Positions 1 through 9,060 of a stretch of DNA of 32,000 nucleotides are shown piece after piece (the first letter of the stretch is position 1; every line of letters starts with the position of its first letter). Source of the DNA: Erysipelotrichaceae bacterium (lineage in GTDB: Bacteria; Bacillota_I; Bacilli_A; Erysipelotrichales; Coprobacillaceae); the NCBI GenBank assembly GCA_028698185.1, contig JAQVDW010000017.1:7885-39884 (forward strand), given 5' to 3'. Below the pieces are notes generated by a model. It worked only from the letters and a program-made list of their open reading frames with translations, was not told the DNA's origin and made no database searches. The position numbers and the translations under genes were made by a program.

Positions 1-351
1 GCCGTTATCGGTGATGGTACGATGATCGACATGGGGGCGATTTTAGGTGGCCGTGCCACTGTCGGTAAGAACTGCCATATCGGTGCTGGAGCAGTCTTGG
101 CGGGTGTCATCGAACCGCCTAGCGCGTCACCGGTTATCGTCGAAGATGACGTTGTCATCGGGGCTAACGCAGTCGTTATCGAAGGAGTCAGAATCGGTAA
201 AGGTGCCGTTGTCGGTGCCGGGACTATCGTGACTAAAGATGTTCCTGCTGGAGCTGTTGTCGTTGGCAACCCGGCTCGAATCATGAAGGAACAAAAAGAT
301 GCCACAACTGAAGAAAAAACTCAGCTGATGGATGATTTAAGGAAATTATAA
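1..351 (+). CDS. dapH: 2,3,4,5-tetrahydropyridine-2,6-dicarboxylate N-acetyltransferase (DapH), C-terminal part; the 5' end lies upstream of the window
   Basis: The frame is open from nt 1. Left-handed beta-helix hexapeptide repeats and the string [45 protein letters not shown] are nearly identical to my memory of B. subtilis DapH/YkuQ. TAATG stop/start overlap with the next gene. Confidence 0.85.
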   Translation, partial: AVIGDGTMIDMGAILGGRATVGKNCHIGAGAVLAGVIEPPSASPVIVEDDVVIGANAVVIEGVRIGKGAVVGAGTIVTKDVPAGAVVVGNPARIMKEQKDATTEEKTQLMDDLRKL

Positions 352-1484
352 TGATCGATTTCGCTCAAGTGAAAACTTGGCGGCAAGAGCTTCATCAGAT
401 TCCTGAAGTCGGTCTTCAGGAGCATTTGACAAGTGCTTATCTGAAAGACCAACTTGAAAAAATGGGCTATGAGACTATCCCGGTATTAGATACCGGGATA
501 CTCGTTTATATCGACAACAACGCCAGAAAGACTATTGCCTTTCGCAGCGATATCGATGCCCTGGCGATCGAGGAAGACCAGTCCCATAAATGCAGATCGA
601 AAATTGCGGGGATGATGCATGCTTGTGGCCATGATGGACACATGAGTGCTTTGCTTGGTTTGGCGGCACTCTTGAAAAAAAACCAAAAGAAACCGGATTA
701 CAATGTCCTGCTTGTTTTTCAGCCGGCCGAAGAGTCGCCTGGAGGAGCCCGGCTTATTGTGGAACAGGACATCCTGGAACAATACAATGTCAAGGCCATC
801 TTCGGGATGCATCTGATGCCCTCGTTAGATCAGGGTGTTGTCGGCTGTCGACCTGGACCGCTTATGGCCCAGGCAGGGGAACTTGATGTTACAATCGAAG
901 GGAAATCAGCCCACGCGGGACTGCCTCATCTAGGAATCGACACCATCAATATCGCAGCCAACCTTCTTGGCCTGTATCAGCAGATCCTGCCCCGGCAGTT
1001 GCCGCCATTCGAGCCCTGTGTCTTGAACATCGGCAAGATCGAAGGGGGGACGGTGCGCAATATTGTGGCGTCTAAAACAAAAATGGAAGGTACATTGCGG
1101 GCTTTCAATCCGGATGTCTTCGCCCAGGTCAAAAAGGCGATCTTCGATCTGAACGCCGGTTTTGAAAAAACTTACAACTGCAAAATCACAACCACCCTGC
1201 CGGATGGTTATCCGCCGGTCATCAATGACAAGAACCTTTACCGCCGGTTTATCAAGCTGACAGGCAACGATTATCTTGAACTCGAAGAGCCGATGATGCT
1301 TGCGGAAGATTTCGCATTTTACCAGACTCGCGTACCGGGGATCTTCTTCTTCATGGGAACAAGAAGCGAAGTCCATCAGTCGAACCTGCATACCGCAACA
1401 TTTGATTTTGACGAAGCGGTGCTGCTCAAGGCAATCGACCTGTATGCGAACATATTATTCAATATCAATTTAGAGGAGCTGTAG
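351..1484 (+). CDS. dapL: M20D-family amidohydrolase, probable N-acetyldiaminopimelate deacetylase
   Basis: 377 aa. LHQIPE.GLQE, R.DIDAL and MHACGHDGH motifs are typical of M20D amidohydrolases (YkuR-like). It sits immediately after dapH with an overlapping stop/start. Confidence 0.75.
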   Translation: MIDFAQVKTWRQELHQIPEVGLQEHLTSAYLKDQLEKMGYETIPVLDTGILVYIDNNARKTIAFRSDIDALAIEEDQSHKCRSKIAGMMHACGHDGHMSALLGLAALLKKNQKKPDYNVLLVFQPAEESPGGARLIVEQDILEQYNVKAIFGMHLMPSLDQGVVGCRPGPLMAQAGELDVTIEGKSAHAGLPHLGIDTINIAANLLGLYQQILPRQLPPFEPCVLNIGKIEGGTVRNIVASKTKMEGTLRAFNPDVFAQVKKAIFDLNAGFEKTYNCKITTTLPDGYPPVINDKNLYRRFIKLTGNDYLELEEPMMLAEDFAFYQTRVPGIFFFMGTRSEVHQSNLHTATFDFDEAVLLKAIDLYANILFNINLEEL

Positions 1485-1485
1485 A

Positions 1486-2667
1486 ATGGAATTTTATCAA
1501 AGAAGTTTAGATGCATTCATCGAAGCCTATGGCCGGTTCGACATCACGATCGACCATGGCAAAGGTGTTTATTTGTATGATATCAATGACAAAAAATATC
1601 TTGATTTTTATTCGGGTATCGGAGTCAACGCTTTAGGGCATGACCATCCCGAATATACCGAAGCCCTGTGCAAGCAAATCCATCGGGTATTGCATGTATC
1701 CAACTACTTCAACACAGTTGAAGCTATCAAGGCCGCGGAACTGGTAAACAAGGCTACCGGGCTTTCGAAGACTTTCTTTACCAACTCAGGTACCGAAGCG
1801 GTAGAAGGTGCGTTGAAACTGGCTCGAAAATATTACTATCTCAAAACAAACAGGGATGACTCCCAAATCATCTCTTTGCGCCATTCATTCCATGGTCGCT
1901 CGACTGGAGCAGTTACCCTGACAGGGAATCCAAGTTACCATAAAGGATTCGGTCCGCTGATCAGCGGTGTTGTCTATGGGGACATCAATGATCTCAAATC
2001 GGTGACGACTCTGGTCAACGAGCGTACCAGCGCCATTATCGTCGAACCGGTTCAGGGTGAGGGCGGAATCCATGTCTGCACCCCTGAATTCCTGCAGGGT
2101 CTTCGCGCTATCTGTGATGAAAATGACATCTGTTTGATCTTTGATGAAGTCCAATGTGGAATGGGTCGTACCGGGACAATGATGACTTACCAACGCTACG
2201 GCGTTTATCCGGACATCGTTACTTTGGCCAAGGGTCTTGGGGCCGGTGTACCAATCGGAGCTTTTGTGGCCAATGATAAAGTTGCCCAAGCAATGAAACC
2301 GGGTGACCATGGATCGACATATGGTGGGAATCCATTCGCCACATCGGCTTGCATCAGTGTCGTTGATATCTTTGAAAAGGAAAGAATCCTGGAAAATGTC
2401 AATGCCCGTTCAAAATATCTGTTTGAAAAATTGGAAGGACTAAAAGCCAAATATCCATGCATCAAGGAGTTGAGAGGACTTGGCCTGATGGTCGGAATCG
2501 AACTGACATCTGAAGCAAAACCGGTTATGAAAGGTCTTCTTGAACAGGGAGTCATCGTGGTTACCGCCGGATTGAACACTATCCGTCTGTTGCCGCCATT
2601 GGTGATTACTGACGAGAATATTGACGAATTCATTGCCGTCTTTGACAAAGTTCTATCTCAAGTATAA
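1486..2667 (+). CDS. Class III PLP-dependent aminotransferase (ArgD/acetylornithine aminotransferase family), candidate N-acetyl-LL-DAP aminotransferase
   Basis: 393 aa. GIGVNALGH, SGTEA.E.ALKLAR, IFDEVQCGMGRTG and TLAKGLG (PLP lysine) motifs. Starts 2 nt after the deacetylase stop. Confidence 0.85.
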   Translation: MEFYQRSLDAFIEAYGRFDITIDHGKGVYLYDINDKKYLDFYSGIGVNALGHDHPEYTEALCKQIHRVLHVSNYFNTVEAIKAAELVNKATGLSKTFFTNSGTEAVEGALKLARKYYYLKTNRDDSQIISLRHSFHGRSTGAVTLTGNPSYHKGFGPLISGVVYGDINDLKSVTTLVNERTSAIIVEPVQGEGGIHVCTPEFLQGLRAICDENDICLIFDEVQCGMGRTGTMMTYQRYGVYPDIVTLAKGLGAGVPIGAFVANDKVAQAMKPGDHGSTYGGNPFATSACISVVDIFEKERILENVNARSKYLFEKLEGLKAKYPCIKELRGLGLMVGIELTSEAKPVMKGLLEQGVIVVTAGLNTIRLLPPLVITDENIDEFIAVFDKVLSQV

Positions 2668-2696
2668 AGTGCGGGTTTACGCACTTTTTCTTTTTT
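2666..2696 (+). terminator. Rho-independent terminator of the dap operon
   Basis: 8-bp stem aaagtgcg/cgcacttt (2666-2673 / 2680-2687), 6-nt loop, then tttttcttttt. Confidence 0.7.
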
Positions 2697-2712
2697 AAGA
2701 ATTTTTAAGCAA

Positions 2713-2749
2713 TCACCCCTTGGAATATGCATAAGTTTTAAAGGGGTGA
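2713..2749 (+). promoter_or_regulatory. Hairpin pairing the Shine-Dalgarno region of the ABC exporter gene with an upstream anti-SD
   Basis: Perfect 9-bp inverted repeat tcacccctt (2713-2721) / aaggggtga (2741-2749) with a 19-nt loop. The 3' arm is the only SD-like element, 5 nt before ATG 2754. Confidence 0.4.
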
Positions 2750-2753
2750 AATT

Positions 2754-4745
2754 ATGCGACGATACAAATATTACATTCAAGACGATCCTAGCAGCTGCGG
2801 TGTTTACTGCATGGCGATGATTTTGGATTTTCATGGTCGCCATGAAAATGTTCTCAAACTCAAACAGGCGATCAATCCGGATTTCATGGGGTCAAGCGTG
2901 GCAGCAATGATCGGCTTGCTCAAAGATTACAATATCGAGGCCAAAGGCTACCAAAGCGACCTGACATCTTTTTTAAGCGAGGCATCGATGCCGTGTGTCG
3001 TGTTGATCGACAATCAGGGCAACAACCATTTTGTCGTGGTCTATAAAAAATACAAAAGCAAGCTGCTTATCGGTGATCCCGAAAAAGGAAAACGGATTGT
3101 CTCTCTAGAAGAATTCGCCGGACTTTTCAAAGGTGTTGTCATCAACACCGAGCATGTCGGGCGCTTCGAGCCACCGGTCAAGAATGGATCCCTTTATGGA
3201 ACGCTTCTTTCCAATTTAAGGCAGGACGGGCCGATTGTCGCAAGGCTGGTGGGGTTTTCATTGCTTATTTCTTTGATGACGCTTGTTGTTTCCGGGTATT
3301 ACAACAACATCTTCCAGCGGGACTGGCAGGATAGTCTTGTCATGGTCGTCTCGGTTGGAGTTGTCGGGATACTGGCACTCAAGAGTCTTTTGGAAATGAG
3401 CCGGAGCTTCTTGTTTCTAGAGCTTGAGCAAAGAATCATGGAGCGGATCGTTTTAAAGACTATGGAAAACCTTGTCTACCTCCAGCCTTTTTTCTATCGT
3501 AATCTCCAGCAAGGAAAGACCCTGGCGAAGATCAACAATCTTTTTGTCTTCAGCGCCACTCTTTCTTCCTGCTATACGACAATTACCTTTGACGCCATCC
3601 TGGCAACATTCCTGCTTGGGACCATCGGATTTGTTTCATGGTGGCTGCTCGCATTGATCATCACGGTCATGGGCGTGTTTGGCTGGTGCCTTTACAAGTT
3701 GTTGAAACGGCTCAAAGTCGTGGAAAATGATTTTCTTGACGACGAGGAGGAGTTGAACGAGACCGTGCTCGAGCTGATGGGAAATTACCAGTCAATCCGC
3801 CAGTATGGCCTGACCTCCTTTATCAAGAAAAAACTCAATTTCCAATACTGTTCCTTCAGCCAGAATTATCTGGCCAAGAACAGGATTCAGGTAAAAATCG
3901 GCCTTTTTGGCGATCTGGTTGTAAATTTGCTGGCGGTAATGATGATTTTCCTGGCGACGCTGTTGCCGTTTGACAAATCCTATCTGATTTTGGTATATTT
4001 GTTGTTCACTTTGGGAGCGCGATTTTTGATGAACATCGTGACATTTTGCGTAAACTTTCCGGAAATGGCGAACATCTTCGCCAAGTACCAGCTTTTGCTT
4101 CCAGACAAGCCCCAAAGCAAAAGGCGGCTTAAAAAGACGATCGAATCGGTCGAATGCGCCAATTTGAGTTTTGGATACGGCCGGAATTTGATATTCGACC
4201 AGTTCAATCACAAGTTCACCAAAAACACCTTGATAGTTGGGGCGGTGGGCACGGGCAAGACGACTTTAAGCCATCTGTTAAGCGGCGATCTTGATGCCCA
4301 AGCCGGGGAGATACTCGTAAACGGAAACAATCTGAACGAATATGATTACAGGCAGCTGAAAAAAAGAATCGTTTATCTCGACAAGCAGCCGGTATTTTTC
4401 AATGAGAGCCTCCGTTTCAATATCCTTCTTGGCAGTGGCGATGAGAAAAAGATGGTCGAATTGCTGACTCTTTTCCACCAGGACCAGTTGTTGAAAGTTC
4501 TTGAATGCCAGCTTGAAAACAACTTCCTCTCAGCCGGCATGGCCCAGATCGTCATGATTGTCCGGACGCTTTGCCAGGGTGCGGACGTAATCATTTTTGA
4601 CGAGGCGCTAAGCAATGTGGATCTGCCGACGGCCAAAGTGATTGTTGACTATTTGGATAAATCGGATATTATTGTATTGATGATTACCCACAATACAAAA
4701 TTGATGAATTTGTGCAGTCTTTATGATAGAATGGAAATAATCTAG
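2754..4745 (+). CDS. Peptidase C39 domain-containing ABC exporter (bacteriocin/double-glycine peptide processing-export type)
   Basis: 663 aa. N-terminal C39 signature QDDPSSCGVYCMAMIL (Cys15, nt 2796-2798) with downstream NHFVVV His and GDPEKG. About six hydrophobic segments. Walker A GAVGTGKTT (4239-4265), degenerate signature LSAGMAQ (4527-4547), Walker B VIIFDEA, H-loop ITHN. Confidence 0.85.
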   Translation: MRRYKYYIQDDPSSCGVYCMAMILDFHGRHENVLKLKQAINPDFMGSSVAAMIGLLKDYNIEAKGYQSDLTSFLSEASMPCVVLIDNQGNNHFVVVYKKYKSKLLIGDPEKGKRIVSLEEFAGLFKGVVINTEHVGRFEPPVKNGSLYGTLLSNLRQDGPIVARLVGFSLLISLMTLVVSGYYNNIFQRDWQDSLVMVVSVGVVGILALKSLLEMSRSFLFLELEQRIMERIVLKTMENLVYLQPFFYRNLQQGKTLAKINNLFVFSATLSSCYTTITFDAILATFLLGTIGFVSWWLLALIITVMGVFGWCLYKLLKRLKVVENDFLDDEEELNETVLELMGNYQSIRQYGLTSFIKKKLNFQYCSFSQNYLAKNRIQVKIGLFGDLVVNLLAVMMIFLATLLPFDKSYLILVYLLFTLGARFLMNIVTFCVNFPEMANIFAKYQLLLPDKPQSKRRLKKTIESVECANLSFGYGRNLIFDQFNHKFTKNTLIVGAVGTGKTTLSHLLSGDLDAQAGEILVNGNNLNEYDYRQLKKRIVYLDKQPVFFNESLRFNILLGSGDEKKMVELLTLFHQDQLLKVLECQLENNFLSAGMAQIVMIVRTLCQGADVIIFDEALSNVDLPTAKVIVDYLDKSDIIVLMITHNTKLMNLCSLYDRMEII

Positions 4746-4754
4746 AAAAGTAAG

Positions 4755-5222
4755 GTGAATTTAATGGAAATAGATTTGGCTTTAATCAATCAAACGGAAA
4801 AAATCAAGGAAGATTACAGCAAGGATTTGCACGACATCGTTGCCAAAACCTGTGAAATATTGGACATTGACGAAGATCTCGAACTGTCGTGCATCATCGT
4901 ATCGACTGACAAGATCCATGAAATAAACAAGGAATACAGGCATCTCGACAAGCCGACCGATGTCATTTCCTTCGCTCTTGAAGACAGTGAACAAATCGTG
5001 GGCGGGGGTGTCCGGGTACTTGGCGACATTTTTATCTGCGACGATTATGTCATCAATCAGGCACAGGAATACGGCCATTCGTTGAGAAGAGAATTTTGCT
5101 TCTTGTTCACCCATGGCCTGCTGCATCTGCTTGGCTACGACCATATGAATGAAGAAGAAGAGAAAGAGATGATCGGCCTGCAAAAAAAGATTCTCGACAA
5201 CCTGGAAATCAAAAGAGGCTGA
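4755..5222 (+). CDS. ybeY: Endoribonuclease YbeY (rRNA maturation)
   Basis: 155 aa with the HGLLHLLGYDH zinc motif. The start may be GTG 4755 or ATG 4764. Confidence 0.9.
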   Translation: MNLMEIDLALINQTEKIKEDYSKDLHDIVAKTCEILDIDEDLELSCIIVSTDKIHEINKEYRHLDKPTDVISFALEDSEQIVGGGVRVLGDIFICDDYVINQAQEYGHSLRREFCFLFTHGLLHLLGYDHMNEEEEKEMIGLQKKILDNLEIKRG

Positions 5223-5223
5223 T

Positions 5224-5625
5224 ATGGAAGATACCAAACTAATCGAACATGCGAAGATCGGGGCATCCCATTCGTACAGTCCCTATTCCAAGTTTGCGGT
5301 CGGCGCGGCGCTGCTGCTTGATGACGGGCAGGTTGTGTTGGGAACCAATGTTGAAAACTGCGCCTACGGGTCGACCATTTGTGCGGAACGGAGCGCTTTG
5401 ATGGCGGCAATTTCCCAGGGCTACAAGCCAGACAACATCAAAGCGATGGCCATTTACCATGATGGAGATAAGATCATCCGGCCGTGTGGTGCCTGCTTGC
5501 AGGTTATGGGTGAGCTTATGGGTGCCGATGGTCAGGTCATCATGAGCTCGAACAATAACTATGAAAAATTGAGGGTAGCCGATCTGATGCCCTATGCATT
5601 TTCCAAGGAGGATATCGATGTTTAA
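5224..5625 (+). CDS. cdd: Cytidine deaminase
   Basis: 133 aa with CAERSAL and PCGACLQ zinc-binding motifs. Confidence 0.9.
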   Translation: MEDTKLIEHAKIGASHSYSPYSKFAVGAALLLDDGQVVLGTNVENCAYGSTICAERSALMAAISQGYKPDNIKAMAIYHDGDKIIRPCGACLQVMGELMGADGQVIMSSNNNYEKLRVADLMPYAFSKEDIDV

Positions 5626-6508
5626 ATCAGGATTTGTATCAATTGTGGGACGTCCAAATGTGGGGAAATCGACCCTGTTGAACAATATATTGAAAACAAA
5701 GCTGGCGATAATGTCAGATGTGGCCCAGACCACAAGAAATACGATTCAGGGAATCTATAACCGTGACGATGCCCAGATCATATTTATGGATACTCCAGGT
5801 ATCCACAAGCCCCAGGACAACCTGGGATCGTTCATGAACACAACGGCAATCAACAGTATCTATGGGGTGGATATCGTCCTGTTTGTCGCTCCGGCCAATG
5901 AGGAAATCGGTCATGGTGACAAGTTCATCGTCGAAAAGCTCAAGCAGGTTGAAGGTCCGAAGTTTTTAGTGCTCAACAAGATCGATCTTGTTTCCAAGGA
6001 GCAGCTCTTGCAAAAACTTACAGCCTGGCAGGAACTTATGGATTTCGACCAGATAATACCGATCAGCGCCAAATCAAGCGAAAACATCGAAGTGCTTATC
6101 GACCAGATCGTCAAGTATCTCGATGAAGGAATAAAGTATTATCCAAACGACCAGATCACCGACCATCCCGAAAAATTCATCGTGGCGGAATTCATCCGCG
6201 AGAAAATTCTCTACTTCACCCATGACGAGGTGCCCCACAGCATCGCCATTGTCATCGAGAGGATGCAGGAAATTGACGGAGAGATGGAGATAATGGCTTC
6301 AATCGTGGTGGAAAGACCGACCCAGAAGGCCATTATTGTCGGGAAGCAGGGGGCGATGATCCAGAAAATCCGGACCAACGCCCGCAAGGAAATCCGCCGG
6401 TTCCTCCAAATGCCCGTCTACCTCGAACTTTTTGTCAAGGTGGAGAAAAACTGGCGCAACAAGCCGAAGTATCTAAGAGAATTTGGCTACAATGAAGACG
6501 ACTACTGA
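5618..6508 (+). CDS. era: GTPase Era
   Basis: G1 GRPNVGKST, G3 DTPG, G4 NKID, C-terminal KH domain. I chose ATG 5618 (MFKSGF...) because aaggagg lies 7 nt upstream. The track ORF start at 5594 has no SD and overlaps cdd more deeply. Confidence 0.92.
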   Translation: MFKSGFVSIVGRPNVGKSTLLNNILKTKLAIMSDVAQTTRNTIQGIYNRDDAQIIFMDTPGIHKPQDNLGSFMNTTAINSIYGVDIVLFVAPANEEIGHGDKFIVEKLKQVEGPKFLVLNKIDLVSKEQLLQKLTAWQELMDFDQIIPISAKSSENIEVLIDQIVKYLDEGIKYYPNDQITDHPEKFIVAEFIREKILYFTHDEVPHSIAIVIERMQEIDGEMEIMASIVVERPTQKAIIVGKQGAMIQKIRTNARKEIRRFLQMPVYLELFVKVEKNWRNKPKYLREFGYNEDDY

Positions 6509-7229
6509 TTTTGAGGTTGTCGAAGGAATTGTCATCAACGTCCAGGCGTATCAGGAAAACGACCAAATCATCACGGTCTATACCGACCAGTTTGGCAAAA
6601 TCAGTTTCATCGGCAAGGGAGTCAAGAAAATCCTCAACAAGAATGCCTCGAGTTGCATGCTTTTTGCCAACAGCGAGTTTACCCTGGTGTTGAAAAAGGG
6701 TCTGTCCCGCTTGATAAAGGCCCAGAATTCCAAATTCTACCGCTACATCCACAGCGATATCGAAGTCCACAGCTATGGTGCCTATATTCTTGAGTTTTTC
6801 TACCGTTTCCAAGAGACCAATGCCCCAAGCCAGAGGCTCTATGGGATTTTGAAGCAAAGCCTTGAGGCCCTGAACAACGGTTACGATCCCCGTCTTGTCT
6901 ATCTCCTGTTCAACACTTTCATTCTGGAGTTTTTAGGCAGCGGAATCGAGGTGAACGGCTGCCATATCTGCCACAACCCCCAGGTCGCAGGCATTTCCTA
7001 CGAGGGTGGTTTTGTCTGCAAGGAGCATCTCGATGCCCGGGCACAAAAATACCCGCCCCGATTTTTAAAGGCGTTCCGGATGATTTGTACCCGGACAATC
7101 TCGCAAATCGACCAAATTGTTATTGATCAGCAAGATTATCTTGAATTAATCAAGATAATTGATTATTATATTGAAGAATATACCGGAATGGTATTCAAAT
7201 CCAAAAAATTTATCAACGAGTTTTTATAA
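6483..7229 (+). CDS. recO: DNA repair protein RecO
   Basis: 248 aa. N-terminal OB-fold pattern (EGIVINVQAYQENDQIITVYT..GKISFIGKG) and a C-terminal Cys cluster (CHICH...C). The start is TTG 6483 or ATG 6492. Canonical position after era. Confidence 0.85.
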   Translation: MATMKTTTDFEVVEGIVINVQAYQENDQIITVYTDQFGKISFIGKGVKKILNKNASSCMLFANSEFTLVLKKGLSRLIKAQNSKFYRYIHSDIEVHSYGAYILEFFYRFQETNAPSQRLYGILKQSLEALNNGYDPRLVYLLFNTFILEFLGSGIEVNGCHICHNPQVAGISYEGGFVCKEHLDARAQKYPPRFLKAFRMICTRTISQIDQIVIDQQDYLELIKIIDYYIEEYTGMVFKSKKFINEFL

Positions 7230-7239
7230 AGGAGTCATA

Positions 7240-9060
7240 ATGAGCGAATTATTACCAGTGTGTAAAGAAGATATGGAAAACCGCGGTTGGCAGGAAGTCG
7301 ACTTTGTTTTCATCAGCGGGGACGGCTATGTCGACCACCCGACTTTTGGCATGGCCATTTTGGGCCGGGTGCTGATGGCTCACGGCTTCAAAGTGGCGGT
7401 CCTGTCCCAGCCGGACTGGCACGATGTGGAGAATTTCAAGATCTTCGGCCGGCCCCGTCTTGGTTTTTTAATCTCTTCGGGGAACATCGACTCGATGGTC
7501 AACCACTATACAGTGGCCAAAAAAAGACGCCACAACGATGTCTACACACCTGGAAATGTCGCTTTCAAACGGCCGGACCGGGCGACCATCGTCTATTCCC
7601 AGATGGCCCGTCAGGCCTACAAAGACACGCCAATCATCATTGGGGGCATCGAAGCGAGCCTGCGGCGCATGGGGCATTATGACTATTGGTCGAACAAGGT
7701 CCGCAAGTCGATCATTATCGATGCCAATGCCGATTTGCTGGTATATGGTATGGCGGAAAACATAATCGTGGAAATTGCCCAGGCGCTTGACAGCGGGCTT
7801 GACATCGAGTACCTGACCTACCTTGACGGAACGGTATACAAGACCAAAAACATCGATGCCGTATACGAGGCGACCATGTTGCCGTCTTTCCAGGAAATAT
7901 GCGATGACAAGAAAGCCTATGCCCGCAGCTTTTTGATCCAGTCGAAAAACACCGACCATTTCAAGGCGAACACCCTGGTTGAAACATATCCGGGCTGGTA
8001 CGTGGTGCAGAACCGTCCGGCTCGGCCTTTGGAACAAAGCGAGTTTGACTGGGCCTACTCTCTTGGCTACACGCGCAATGCCCATCCGATGTACGAATCG
8101 CATATCCCGGCAATCGACGAAGTGAAGTATTCACTTATATCCAACCGGGGCTGTTTTGGTTCGTGCAGTTTCTGCGCGATCACTTTCCATCAGGGCCGGG
8201 TTTTGCAGGCCCGTTCCCATGATTCGATAATTCAGGAGGCCAAAGAACTGATTGCCGACAAGGATTTTAAGGGCTACATTCACGATGTGGGCGGTCCGAC
8301 TGCCAATTTCAGACACCCGAGCTGCCAGCAACAGCTGACCAACGGGGTTTGTGTCGACCGGCAATGTCTCCATCCCACACCGTGCAAGAACCTGACCGTC
8401 GACCATGGCGATTACCTGTCTTTGCTGCGTAAATTGCGGACGCTGCCGGGTGTAAAGAAGGTGTTTGTCCGCAGCGGCTTGCGGTATGACTATCTGATGT
8501 ATGACATGGACGACACTTTCTTCAGGGAACTGGTTGAACATCATATTTCCGGACAGCTCAAGGTGGCGCCGGAACACATTTCCGACCATGTTCTTGACCT
8601 GATGGGGAAACCCCATCGCGGCCTGTACGAAAAGTTTGTCGCCAAATACCATCGCCTGAACAAGGAGCTGGACAAAAATCAGTATATTGTGCCTTATCTG
8701 ATTTCTTCCCATCCGGGTTCGACTCTGGATGATGCCATCGAATTGGCGGAATATCTGCGCGATATCAACCATCAGCCAAAACAAGTCCAGGACTTTTATC
8801 CAACACCAGGAACGCTCTCGACGACAATGTACTATACCGGTTTGGACCCGCGGACCATGAAAGAAGTTTACGTTCCCAAAAACGCGAAAGAAAAGGAAAT
8901 GCAGCGGGCCTTGATGCAGTTCCGCGATCCCAAAAATTATGACCTGGTGTACAGCGCCCTGGTTCAAGCCAATCGGCTCGATCTGGTCGGCCATTCGCCA
9001 AAATGTCTGATCAGGCCAAGGGGAAAAAACAACCATAAAAACTACAGAAGGGCTAGATGA
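7240..9060 (+). CDS. ygiQ: YgiQ-family (UPF0313) radical SAM protein
   Basis: GDGYVDHPTFGMAILGRVL, RPDRATIVYSQ, GGIEASLRRMGHYDYWS and the radical SAM cluster CFGSCSFC match my memory of E. coli YgiQ along the whole length. I chose ATG 7240 because it is preceded by aaaggag. The track start at 7159 lies inside recO. Confidence 0.88.
   Translation: MSELLPVCKEDMENRGWQEVDFVFISGDGYVDHPTFGMAILGRVLMAHGFKVAVLSQPDWHDVENFKIFGRPRLGFLISSGNIDSMVNHYTVAKKRRHNDVYTPGNVAFKRPDRATIVYSQMARQAYKDTPIIIGGIEASLRRMGHYDYWSNKVRKSIIIDANADLLVYGMAENIIVEIAQALDSGLDIEYLTYLDGTVYKTKNIDAVYEATMLPSFQEICDDKKAYARSFLIQSKNTDHFKANTLVETYPGWYVVQNRPARPLEQSEFDWAYSLGYTRNAHPMYESHIPAIDEVKYSLISNRGCFGSCSFCAITFHQGRVLQARSHDSIIQEAKELIADKDFKGYIHDVGGPTANFRHPSCQQQLTNGVCVDRQCLHPTPCKNLTVDHGDYLSLLRKLRTLPGVKKVFVRSGLRYDYLMYDMDDTFFRELVEHHISGQLKVAPEHISDHVLDLMGKPHRGLYEKFVAKYHRLNKELDKNQYIVPYLISSHPGSTLDDAIELAEYLRDINHQPKQVQDFYPTPGTLSTTMYYTGLDPRTMKEVYVPKNAKEKEMQRALMQFRDPKNYDLVYSALVQANRLDLVGHSPKCLIRPRGKNNHKNYRRAR

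Noticed and set aside
2658-2843. 61-aa minus-strand ORF overlapping the ABC exporter start, considered as a possible precursor peptide
   Set aside because: It is antisense to the exporter start and the dap terminator. It has no double-glycine leader motif and no SD.
7159-7239. N-terminal extensions in the ORF track (7159 for ygiQ, 5594 for era, 22547 for pspA, 26135 for fmt, 16943 for ispH, 20385 for ispG)
   Set aside because: In each case an internal start codon has a proper SD at 5-9 nt and begins exactly where family homology begins. The extensions overlap upstream genes or promoter elements.
8131-9036. Long antisense or alternative-frame ORFs: 8131-9036(-), 7468-8103(-), 9042-9665(-), 11884-12654(-), 17733-18308(-), 17854-18480(+), 23752-24396(-), 930-1391(-), 5239-5733(-)
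   Set aside because: Each lies entirely within a confidently recognised gene on the other strand or frame. Their translations are low-complexity or Arg/Gly/Pro-skewed with no motifs or SD, which is the typical ORF shadow of moderately GC-rich coding DNA.
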